A stretch of 64,000 nt of DNA from Pristiophorus japonicus. Taxonomy: Eukaryota. Shown one piece after another: positions 1 to 10,706 of the stretch. Where the stretch lies: assembly GCF_044704955.1 (NCBI RefSeq), contig NC_091995.1, positions 76,508,001 to 76,572,000 of the forward strand. Reading direction: 5' to 3'. The translations under genes were made by a program, and so were the position numbers. A model generated the notes under the pieces. That model saw only the letters and a list, made by a program, of their open reading frames with translations. It was not told the DNA's origin and made no database searches. The first letter of the stretch is position 1, and each line of letters opens with the position of its first letter.

Positions 1-59
1 TTAGAGACTGGGAAACTGTTCACTCTCATTCAATAACACAAGACCATTCAGGCAAGAAG

Positions 60-497
60 TAGTAACCAACTTATTGGCCTACATTGGCTCCCAGTTAAGC
101 AACGCCTCGGTTTTAAAATTCTCATCTTTATTTTCAAATCCCTCCATGGCCTCACCCTTCCCCATCTCTATAATCTCCTCCAGCCCCACAATCCCTGCGC
201 TCCTCTAACTCTGCCCTCCTGAGCATCCCTGATTGTAATCGTTCAACCATTGATGGCCGTGCATTCTGTTGCCTCGGCCCCAAGGTTTGGAACTCCCTGG
301 CTAAACCCCTCTGTCTCTCTTTCCTCCTTCAAGACGCTCCTTAAATCACACCTCTTTGACCAAGCTTCTGGTCACTTGCACTAATTTCTACTTATGCTGC
401 TCGGTGTAAAATTTTTATCGAATAATACTCCTGTGAAGCGCCTTGGGATGGTTCACTATGTTAAAGGCGCTATATAAATACAAGTTGTGGTTGTTGT
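60..497 (+). mobile_element. L2-clade LINE 3' end
   Basis: Ends ...gttaaaggcgctatataaatacaagttgtggttgttg; homologous to copies at 19178-19760, 21655-22013 and 51001-51604. Confidence 0.75.
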
Positions 498-556
498 TTT
501 CTTCCTCTAAAATACCAACAGTGCAATTCTAATTTGCTCTTTCTTCCCCTGGGTTC

Positions 557-850
557 ATAGAATGATACAGCACAGAGGGAGGCTATTCGGCTCATCGTGC
601 CTGTGTCAGCTTTTTGAAAGAACGATCCAATTAGTACCACTCCCTCTGCTCCTTCCCCGTAACCCTGCAAATTTTGCCTTTTTAAGTGTATATCGAATTC
701 CCTTAAAAAGGCAAAATTTGCAGGGTTACGGGGAAGGAGCAGAGGGAGTGGGACTAATTGTATATCCAATTCCTTATTGAAAGTTACTATTGAATCTGCT
801 TCTGCCGCCCTTTCAGGCAATGCATTCCAGATCGTAACAACTTGCTGCGA
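557..850 (-). mobile_element. CR1 LINE 3' fragment containing a fold-back inversion
   Basis: Minus strand reads VVTIWNALPERAAEADSIVTFNKELD...QGYGEGAE, the CR1 ORF2 C-terminus. Confidence 0.8.
628..760. repeat. 59-bp near-perfect inverted repeat (arms 628-686 and 702-760, 15-nt spacer)
   Basis: caattagtaccactccc...gcctttttaag pairs with cttaaaaaggc...gggagtgggactaattg with 1 mismatch. Confidence 0.95.
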
Positions 851-1065
851 ATTCAAATCTTAAAATCAAATTAAATCTTGGTTAAATCAAAACTCACTGC
901 ACCAGCTCTCACAGGACCTCAAACCAGTGGAACACTTTACAGCCTTCAATCTTTCTTTCCTCCTCAATCTATAAACTCTTAAAACCCAATCTCCAGGTCA
1001 CCTAATCAGGGCGTTGGTGAGACCACACCTGGAGGACTGCGTCTCCGTATTTAAGGAAGGATATA

Positions 1066-1728
1066 TGCAGCCCCTGTTTCATTATTTGAAGGGGCTGCTC
1101 CTCAATTTCTGGTTGCACTTCAGTCCCACACTCCTGATCTTTGGGCACCCTGTGCGGAGGGGAGCGGGTAGGTCCGAGGGCCTCCTCGTAGGACTGCTCC
1201 TGGGCACGTCCAAGGGGGCCATCAGCCGGTCCAGGCAGCGGGCGGTCGAGGGGGTCGTTCAGCCTGACTGCCTGCCTCTCTTCCGCGCGTACATCCGGGC
1301 CAGGGTGTCCTTGGAGATGGAGCACGCGGTGTCCACCGGTACGCTCGCGGCCTTCTGTGAGAGGTGGGCGCCGGAGGGACTGGAGTGCATTATTACCCCC
1401 GGCAACCAAATTTTAATTTGATATAAACTTGAGCAGCATTTGGTATGCCTGTTCATACAATCCTTCCAGCTCGTACTCAAAAGCTATGTTGTCGATGGTG
1501 GGATCCCGAAGACCAAATTAAAGTTTAATTTGTTTATTGCCGGATTTTTAGTGTCCCCCTCCCCTTTTATAGGGGGCACTTGTAAATTATATGATTTTAA
1601 TGCCCCAAAAAAAAATCACAAAAAGGAAAAAAAAAACAAAAAAAAAGAGGGCAGGTATAAGTGTCTGGAGTGTCCCCCAGATTGGAGGGCACTCGATCTA
1701 ATGTTTGTTTTGTACTCCCTAAAAGAGT
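1066..1728 (+). mobile_element. 5'-truncated Tx1-clade LINE (ORF2 C-terminus and 3'UTR) with 16-bp TSD
   Basis: QPLFHYLKGLLLNFWLHFSPTLLIFGHPV...RARVSLEMEHAVSTGTLAAFCERW resembles the Tx1 ORF2 end; stop at 1419-1421; TSD tttaaggaaggatata (1050-1065) / tttagggaaggatata (1729-1744). Confidence 0.8.
1422..1514 (-). pseudogene. TRADD: Captured fragment resembling the TRADD death domain
   Basis: Minus-strand translation [31 protein letters not shown] resembles recalled human TRADD [31 protein letters not shown]; frame bounded by TAA stops, no splice sites. Confidence 0.8.
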
Positions 1729-2449
1729 TTTAGGGAAGGATATACTTGCATTGGAGGCAGTTCAGAGAAGGTTCACTAGGTTGATTCCTGAGATGAAGGG
1801 GTTGTCTTATGAAGAAAGGTTGAGCAGGTTGGACCTATACCCATTAGAGTTTAGAAGACCGAAAGGTGATCTTATTGAAACATCAACGATTCTGAGGGAG
1901 CTTAACAGGGTACTTGTCGAGAGTTTGTTTTTCCTCGTGGGGGAATCTGGAACTAGGGGGCATAGTTTCAGAATAAAGGGTTGACCATTTAAAATAGAAA
2001 TGAGGAGGAATTTCTTCTCTGTGTGGGTCGTGAATCTTTGGACTGGGGCATTGAATATATTTAAGGTAGAGATAGACAGATTTTTGAATGATATGGAAGT
2101 CGAGAGTAATGGGGAGCCCAAGATCAGATCGGCCATGGTCTTATTGAATGGCAGAGCAGGCTCGAGGGGTCAAATGGCCGACTCCTGCTCCTATTTCTTC
2201 AGTTCACTTGTACCAAATTTTCTCTCCCTATTCTTTGCAACTTTGGTGCTACCCTGCAGTGTGGGCCTTGAGGTTTCTCAATTATTTTCTTGCGGTACTG
2301 TGTGTGACAGCGAGTTGGCTGTGGCATTTGTGGAAACAGCTGATGAGGTTTATATTCCAGTCTCTAACCTTCCCAACTGGACCCCTGCTACCGACCCAGC
2401 TTCTGCCTCAGGCGGTGTGCAAGCTGCACAAGCATGTAGGGACAGGCAT

Positions 2450-2915
2450 GCAAAAACAGAAACAACTTTATATAGCACACTTCACATCTTCAGGATGTCC
2501 CGAATTTCTTCACAGCCAATGAATTACCACCGAAGTGTAGTCACTGTTATGTATGCAAACGAGGGAAACTATTTCCATACAGCAAGATCCCGTAAACAGC
2601 AATGAGATAAATGTCCAGCTCATATGTTTTTGTTATGCTGGCAGAGGGATGAATGGTGAGACAGACGACTAGATAATTCTCTCCTCCACTTTGAATCATG
2701 CCATGGGATCTACTGCATTGGCCTGAAAATGCAGATGGGGTCTTGGTTTATCATCTTATCCGAACCACAGCACCTCTGACAATGTAGCACTCGATCGGTG
2801 TTGCACTGAAGTGTCAGCCTTGATTATGTACTAAAGTTCTGGAGTGGGGGCTGAACTGAATCCACTACTTTATGACCTAAAGGCAATAGTGCCACCACTG
2901 AACAATCTCGACATG
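2450..2915 (-). mobile_element. Deu-domain tRNA-derived SINE (SacSINE1-like), diverged
   Basis: tgccatgggatc core plus L2-like tail; homologous to 26123-26525. Confidence 0.7.
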
Positions 2916-3804
2916 TGGAGTGAGTGGACGCGAGTTTATGCTGCTAATTCTCTACGCGGTGAATTCCCTGTCTCAACTGCATTACCAGGATGACACTGCC
3001 TGCAAAATAACTCTAGCTTGGGCCTGAACACTTCTTAGTAGCAGAGGCCTTGGAGCAGATCACCTACTTGTCCCTTTATCCAGAGAATAAAAGGGAGAAA
3101 GATTATAAAGAGATTACCAGAGATCAAACACTGCAACAATAGTTTCCTAACATTCCATGAGTCAGTTGAACAGTGTTTCTGAAGACTTTGATTACAATAA
3201 AAAAAAATCAAATATCAGCTCCTTCACCTAATTGTAGGTGGAATTTTCCATTATTACATCCCAAGGATTTCCACCGCTGGCCATAGACTACTGCTCCTTC
3301 CATCAGAACGCACAGGCACATCCTGCACAGAACTAGAGACGAGCTATTTTGCTTTTTAAAAAAAAGTAATGTTCCTTTTCAAAATGAATAAGAGCCAATT
3401 CTTCGGAAGAGGCGCTTCCCCCTTCCTGTGGTATTTCAAATGGAAATTGAGCACAAGATCGCGTAACCTTGTGCAAGCCCTCTGTCGGAACACTGAGTTG
3501 GCAAGCCCGCTCTGCACCCTTGGTGCCAACCTGTGTTGGCTGCTACAAAGCTCATGAAGCCTGCCCTCCTTTAACCAGTTGTTTGGTGCTGACATTTCTA
3601 CCTGACTCAGCCCTCATCTCCTTCAGGTATTCAGACGTTCTCCGTCTCGTAGATGTCCTTTATTTCTACCGTTTATTGCCTTCTATGGTCTTGCGCTAAA
3701 TCACGGCTGCCATTTAACCATCTCCTGCTATCAACTTAAGCACTTTACAGGTCATTCCATTTTTTAGCGTTCAGAGCGAGAGACACGTTACATGCAAGAG
3801 TACA

Positions 3805-3822
3805 TGTGTGTGTGTGTGTGTG
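3805..3822. repeat. (TG)n microsatellite
   Basis: tgtgtgtgtgtgtgtg run. Confidence 0.9.
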
Positions 3823-4039
3823 CTGTGTTTCTTACCCTCCCTTTTCCATTTTTTCCTGTTCACTTCTTAAATGTTGCGCGTTTGCAATACTCTCTAATTT
3901 GGATGAAGGGTTCACAGCATACATTATGTCATCTGTTCTTTCTGTAGATGCTGCTGAGCGCTTCCAGCATCTGAAGTCTTTTGTTTGTTTCCTTGCACAA
4001 GCCCCTTTTTTCCCCTTCTCCACCCCCGCGTTGTTGGAT

Positions 4040-4325
4040 GTGCTACCTTTCAGACGAGAGGTTAAACCGAGGCCCTGTCTGCCTGTTCAGGGGAATGTAC
4101 AAGATCAAATGACACTATTCAAAGAGAAGCAGAGGAGTTGCCCATTGTCCTGGCCGATATTCTTCCCTCAACCAAAACAAATCAAATGGTCATTCATCGC
4201 ATGACATTTGTGGGACCTTGCTGAATGCAAAGTGGCTGCCATGTTTATCTACACAACAGTTCAAAAAGCAATTGGCTGTGAAGCACTCTGAGGCACCCTG
4301 AAGATGTGAAAAGCACTACAGAAGC
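4040..4325 (+). mobile_element. Deu-domain SINE fragment
   Basis: gttaaaccgaggccctgtctgcc...cactattcaaagagaagcagaggagtt core. Confidence 0.65.
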
Positions 4326-5839
4326 ACATTTTCCCCCACTGAAATCTGCCCTGGAGGGGTGCAGACAGCTGTAATTTCAGCATACTTTATTTTCGTGAGC
4401 TGTGCTTCCAGAAATCCATTACATGTACATTTTGAAAATCCACAAAAGTTTGAAATTTAAAACCAATGCTTCTCTGTTCAGTGCACAATTAGCACAAACG
4501 AGGAACCAGAGAAACAGCCGACTCCACCCATGGCCTGCGCCACTTAAGTTCCACACAAGAAGTTAAGATGGTGCACCTGTTGTTCCAAGTCTCTTGCAAT
4601 GGAATCTCATGAAAGCAAGGGACTCCACCCTAGGAGTGTGCATCTCAACTTTTCCCTTCCATTTTGAAGCCATTTTCATCTGATTTAGGTCCTTCATCCT
4701 TTCCTCCATCAAAAAAAAACCTGCAAGACAGACGACGTATGCAAGGGGGCACAATTTGTCCTCCAATTTTCCCTTCCTTTGTAAACTTGCCTCTGCCGTG
4801 AGCCACTGGTTGACAGAGAAAGCTGCACTCAGCGAGGTTAACGGCTCCTACATTGATCAGAAGGTTGATGCAGACTGGACCAGAGACTGCTGCATTGAAG
4901 TCAAAGCTGCACGATTTCTTACTCATGTGTGAAAACACTCGGGTTCACAGAGCCGGTTTCCCTACACTGGAGCGCACGGGTAACGGTTAACTGCTATTAG
5001 CTGAAAAATTGAACAAAACAGTTGACAAATACAGACAGTGCGAGGGAAAAGATTAAGAGGGATAAAAAGAGAAAGGAGAATGGGGTGTGGCAGTGCAGGC
5101 TACAAAAATAAAAGTGACCTTGAGCCTGACAGTCAGAAAGCTGTATCTGCATCAGTAGTTTGACAGGTCAGGGGGTTGCAGCACAAGATGGGAGTGAAGC
5201 CAATGGTTGATAGAAGATAAAAGGGATGTAGAGGAAATGCTACAGTCTGATCCAACTAAGGTCAGCTCTTTTCTTTTGCAGCTACAAAAAACAGAAAAGC
5301 CTGCCTGTATCCTTGGCCCGTGGGACCGGCTTTATAGCCTGGATTCCCATGGTGCAGATACCCCCAGTGCCAGGCAGACTGTGTGCCAGCCAATGCCAAT
5401 GCTTATTTCTAAACAGGAACATTTACTCGGGGATGGACTCAATCCCCACAGATTTATGTTGCAACCGTGGAATGCAGCCCAGCTTTTCCACAAAGTCAGC
5501 CTGAGCTTCAATTGCATCTTTAGAGGGAAATGATAATCTATCTGGCTGTGGTACAGGAAGCAGTGAATCGGGCTTTCTGTGTAGTAATTAGATGAAGGAA
5601 CTTAGAAAAATAAGAACATTGCGGGCTTGAATAAAGTTTTGTTTTCATTCACTGAACTCTAGCGACTTGTAATACTTCACCAAACCTTTCTGGTCCAATT
5701 TTCAATGTTTCCCTCCCTCTCAGCCCCACACAATAAGGAAACTAGAACACTCACTCACCATCGAATAGTCAAATAGAGAAGCTAAACCAGTTTGCCAATC
5801 TATTGCCTTAGACAATGTGGGGAGGAAGGAAGGAAGGAC

Positions 5840-6210
5840 AAATTTACATTTATATAGCGCCGTTCACATCCTCATGACGTCCCAAAGTGCTTCACAGCCA
5901 ATTAATTACTTTAAACTGTGAACATAGCAAGCAATTTGCACATAGTAAGGTGCTTCAAACAGCAATATGATGAATGACCAGATAATCTGTATTTTTTTTT
6001 TTAAAAGTGGTGTTGGTTGAGGCATAACTGTTGGCCAGGACACCAGGGAGAACTCCCGTGCTCTTCTTTGAATGGAGGCATGGGTTCTTTTATGTCCATC
6101 CGAGAGGATAAATGGGATCTCGGTTTAACGTCTCATCCGAAGACGGCACCTCCAACAGTACAGCGCTCCCTCAGCATTGCACTGAAAAGTTACCCTCGTC
6201 TACGTGCTCC
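5840..6210 (-). mobile_element. Deu-domain SINE
   Basis: Core ggccaggacaccagggagaactcc...ggtttaacgtctcatccgaagacggcacctcc, L2-like tail. Confidence 0.7.
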
Positions 6211-6633
6211 AGACTGGATACAGACTCTATGACATTATAAGGCTACTTGGATATGGTTAGTAAAAAGGAATGTCTCGGTTACTATCGATCATCCTTGCTA
6301 AAGCACTGAATCGGAAACACATGAACTCCAGGAACGTTCTGAGCTTGGCCTTCCCCCCGTGTTGAGTTAGCTGGGATGGTGGGATTGGTACTACAGCTGG
6401 GATCAATACTGGGAATGGGAGGAAAAAAACAGCAAACAAGCCAATCGCTCTTCAATCATGATCCAGTGACTTCAACTCAAGACAGGATTGAGTACGGATG
6501 CAATGCCTTCCACAGGCCACCAAAACCCATCTCGGCTCACACTTTGAAGAATGGGCACTTGGCTGAGGCACTGGAGAGTGGCTAGTGCATCCTAGTGGGA
6601 GCCCATGTCTTCACGGGTATGGTAGCATAGTGG

Positions 6634-7392
6634 AGTAGTTAAAGGTCCTGCCATTGGATTAATTTCTTTGTAGAGAAGATCTTAAGTTTTACAAAGAAGT
6701 CCCCGGAGAACTCGTCTGACCTAATGGTGAAAACTTTTCCAGGTTCTGCTGCTGATATTTACAAAATGTTAGAAATTTGAAGCGGACTGGCGTTCATATT
6801 AGTCAGCAGAGCTTCCCTGATGTGCAGGTTTTGGTGCAGTATGCCAAGTTGGCCACTCAGCCTTTGAGAGGAGTGAGTGGATAATGATAAAATGTGGCTT
6901 GAAAGAATGGGTTATTTTTGTCAAATTAAGACTGGTTTAAGCTCGGCTGTTGTGCTCTCTGGACATAGCCAATGACTTGCACAATGTACTGGTGGGCTGT
7001 TGGTGCCCATAGTTCTGGAATTTCCAACAGAGGTTAGACCCAGATCGTGGCAGAGGTGCGGCGAATGAGGGTACGGGGCCCAGAAGAGCCGAGGGCCCAG
7101 GGGCAGCACGGGCCAGCCCACACTGCGATATGTGCGCACTAGGTCTGTGCAGCAGAGCAAGTCTCCAGTCGTCCATGTTAACCCTTGCCACTGGATAAAG
7201 ACCTAAGCTCTGTCGAGCCCGTGTGTTGGCTGATGTGCAACGGTCACCACACGTTAAAAAAATCCACGCACAGGCATCTTCCACCCCCTCAATTGGAGTT
7301 CAGGACTGGAACATCGAGTCCTTCATTGAAACATCTGTGAACTCATGTGGAAACAAGTCATCCTCGTTCGAGGGGCCGCCTATGATGATGAT
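6634..7392 (+). mobile_element. Non-autonomous bipartite RTE derivative (5'UTR and ORF start fused to 3' tail)
   Basis: 7161-7330 is homologous to the RTE 5'UTR/EN start at 34930-35095; ends with RTE tail caagtcatcctcgttcgaggggccgcctatgatgatgatg. Confidence 0.65.
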
Positions 7393-7538
7393 GGTTATGT
7401 TACTGGACTAGTAATCCAGAGACCTGTACCAATGATTTAGAGACATGGGTTCAAATCCCACCACAGCTGGTGGGAAATTTAAATTCAGTTAATTAAATAA
7501 ATCTGGAATAAAAAGCTAGTATTGTTAATGGTGACAAT

Positions 7539-10500
7539 GGGCCTAACTTTGAAGGTATGAGACGTGAATTGGCTAGGATAGATTGGCGAATGATATTTAA
7601 GGGGTTGCCTGTGGATGGGCAATGGCAGACATTTAGAGACCGCATGGATGAAAAAATACAACAATTGTACATCCCTGTCTGGCGTAAAAATAAAAAAGGG
7701 AAGGTGGCTCAACCGTGGCTATCAATGGAAATCAGGGATAGTATTAAAGCCAAGGAAGTGGCATACAAATTGGCCAGAAATAGCAGTGAACCCGGGGACT
7801 GGGAGAAATTTAGAACTCAGCAGAGGAGGACAAAGGGTTTGATTAGGGCAGGGAAAATGGAGTACGAGAAGAAGCTTGCAGGGAACATTAAGACGGACTG
7901 CAAAAGTTTCTATAGATATGTAAAGAGATAAAGGTTAGTAAAGACAAACGTAGGTCCCCTGCAGTCAGAATCAGGGGAAGTCATAACAGGGAACAAAGAA
8001 ATGGCGGACCAATTGAACAAGTACTTTGGTTCGATATTCACTGAGGAGGACACAAACAACCTTCCGGATATAAAAGGGGTCAGAGGGTCTAGTAAGGAGG
8101 AGGAACTGAGGGAAATCCTTATTAGTCGGGAAATTGTGTTGGGGAAATTGATGGGATTGAAGGCCGATAAATCCCCAGGGCCTGATGGACTGCATCCCAG
8201 AGTACTTAAGGAGGTGGCCTTGGAAATAGTGGATGCATTGACAGTCATTTTCCAACATTCCATTGACTCTGGATCAGTTCCTATGGAGTGGAGGGTAGCC
8301 AATGTAACCACACTTTTTAAAAAAGGAGGGAGCGAGAAAACAGGGAATTATAGACCGGTCAGCCTGACATCAGTAGTGGGTAAAATGATGGAATCAATTA
8401 CTAAGGATGTCATAGCAGTGCAGTTGGAAAGAGGTGACATGATAGGTCCAAGTCAGCATGGATTTGTGAAAGGGAAATCATGCTTGACAAATCTTCTGGA
8501 ATTTTTTGAGGATGTTTCCAGTAGAGTGGACAAGGGAGAACCAGTTGATGTGGTATATTTGGACTTTCAGAAGGCTTTCGACAAGGTCCCACACAAGAGA
8601 TTAATGTGCAAAGTTAAAGCACATGGGATTGGGGGTAGCGTGCTGACATGGATTGAGAACTGGTTGTCAGACAGGAAGCAAAGAGTAGGAGTAAATGGGG
8701 ACTTTTCAGAATGGCAGGCAGTGACTAGTGGGGTACCGCAAGGTTCTGTGCTGGGGCCCCAGCTGTTTACACTGTACATTAATGATTTAGACGAGGGGAT
8801 TAAATGTAGTATCTCCAAATTTGCGGATGACACTAAGTTGGGTGACAGTGTGAGCTGCGAGGAGGATGCTATGAAGCTGCAGAGCGACTTGGATAGGTTA
8901 GGTGAGTGGGCATGGCAGATGAAGTATAATGTGGATAAATGTGAGGTTATCCACTTTGGTGGTAAAAACAGAGAGACAGACTATTATCTGAATGGTGACA
9001 GATTAGGAAAAGGGGAGGTGCAACGAGACCTGGGTGTCATGGTACATCAGTCATTGAAGGTTGGCATGCAGGTACAGCAGGCGGTTAAGAAAGCAAATGG
9101 CATGTTGGCCTTCATAGCGAGGGGATTTCAGTACAGGGGCAGGGAGGTGTTGCTACAGTTGTACAGGGCCTTGGTGAGGCCACACCTGGAGTATTGTGTA
9201 CAGTTTTGGTCTCCTAACCTGAGGAAGGACATTCTTGCTATTGAGGGAGTGCAGTGAAGGTTCACCAGACTGATTCCCGGGATGGCAGGACTGACCTATC
9301 AAGAAAGACTAAATCAACTGAGCTTGTATTCACTGGAGTTCAGAAGAATGAGAGGGGACCTCATAGAAACGTTTAAAATTCTGATGGGTTTAGACAGGTT
9401 AGATGCAGGATGAATGTTCCCAATGTTGGGGAAGTCCAGAACCAGGGGTCACAGTCTAAGGATAAGGGATAAGCCATTTAGGACCGAGATGAGGAGAAAC
9501 TTCTTCACCCAGAGTGGTGAACCTGTGGAATTCTCTACCACAGAAAGTTGTTGAGGCCAATTCACTAAATATATTCAAAAAGGAGTAAGATGAAGTCCTT
9601 ACTACTAGGGGGATCAAGGGGAATGGCGAGAAAGCAGGAATGGGGTACTGAAGTTGCATGTTCAACCATGAACTCATTGAATGGCGGTGCAGGCTAGATG
9701 GGCCGAATGGCCTACTCCTGCACCTATTTTCTATGTTTCTATGTTTGCCCAACCCCATTTTGTGGCGCACTTACCTTAAGTGCGCTGACTTTGCGCGCTG
9801 GAAACGGCGCTGGAAAAAAGGGGCCCCATCCTGGCCGCTCTCCGAGTCCCCGGAGTCCCGGCGTGGTGTGCATTCTGAAGTGGGGGGGGGGGGGGGGGGG
9901 GGGGGGGCGGAGCAACAGGCCAGCACCAAAAACATTGCCGGCACCTGCGCGCATGCGCAGTGAAGTCTGCGCGCATGCTCCTGCCCTCTCAGCGTGTCCT
10001 GCGGGGCGTGAGCAGGACCCGATGCTCGCAGCCTCTATCACTGGCCAAAGGGACGCCCCAACCTTCGTCGCACTCTATCCATGGCCGAGTGGCCTCCTGC
10101 ACCTGCCGGCCGCTGAGTTCGTGGGCGAAGTAGGACTTCGGTTTTATTTCTTATTTATTGATTGTGCTTGAAAGTTTTGATTGGGGGGGGGGGGGGGGGG
10201 AGGAGGAGAAGAGTTTTTCTAGCCGCCGCCCCCCCCCCCCGGATGACATCGCGGCCAGCAGCTCGCATTTCTCTGGTTGCTCTGCGTAGCTGCCCGCCCC
10301 CGGTGACATCATGGTAGGATTTACTTCATTTTTATTAGCATTTTAATTGTTTGAGCTTTTCCTTGCAATGTTTGGTGCTTGGTTGTTGAGGTCCTCTCCA
10401 GTTCCCTTCCCTCCCCTATCCCTGCCCAAATGTGCGCTGCTTTTTCTTCACTGCCCGCAAGATTTTTCAGAGCTGGCCACATACGCTGACCTAAATCGAG

Positions 10501-10706
10501 TTGGAGTAAGTTTTAGCTGGCCAAAGTGGTACAAATGGCCAAAACTGACCCCTTTTGAAAAAAAACTGACCTAAAAAAAAAAATCACACCTATCTGACTT
10601 ACTCTGGAGCAAATTCTTTGGGGGGAAATGGCATTTTTTTTAAACTTACGCCAGAAAAAACAACTTATCCAAAAAATTGATGCAAGTCATGGCCAAAGTT
10701 GGGCCC
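7539..10706. mobile_element. PIF/Harbinger-like MITE, left part largely replaced by a CR1 insertion
   Basis: TIRs gggcctaactttg (7539-7551) / caaagttgggccc (10694-10706); 3-bp TSD AAT at 7536-7538 and 10707-10709; GC-rich body with poly-G/poly-C at 9746-10706. Confidence 0.7.
7544..9745 (+). mobile_element. Young 5'-truncated CR1 LINE (family with (TTCTATGT)n tail), RT domain
   Basis: ORFs 7557-7931 and 8001-9257 carry YRPVSLTS, YLDFQKAFDKV, GVPQGSVLGP, KFADD; premature stops at 7929-7931 and 9255-9257. Confidence 0.95.

Larger units (their letters stand above)
1002..2205 (+). mobile_element. CR1 LINE 3' fragment interrupted by a Tx1 insertion at 1066-1728
   Basis: LVRPHLE before the insert; KDILALEAVQRRFTRLIPEMKGLSYEERL...TRGHS and a CR1 3' tail after it. 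Confidence 0.85.

Noticed and set aside
1422-1514. A real TRADD exon of a nested gene
   Set aside because: The frame is closed by TAA on both sides (1520-1518, 1415-1413), there are no AG/GT splice sites at the edges, no other TRADD exons are visible, and it lies inside a TSD-bounded LINE.
2000-2605. 201-aa plus-strand ORF
   Set aside because: Runs from a CR1 tail through unrecognised sequence into a SINE; no recognisable domain or splice structure.
8001-9257. 418-aa ORF (and the 427, 408, 320 and 238-aa ORFs) as host or novel reverse-transcriptase genes
   Set aside because: All are standard CR1 ORF2 fragments with CR1 tails, stops and frameshifts; nothing suggests domestication or a prokaryotic RT system.
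9698-10171. GC-rich ORFs with poly-Gly/Pro and a CpG-island-like look
   Set aside because: Explained by G/C homopolymers in the body of a TIR-bounded MITE.
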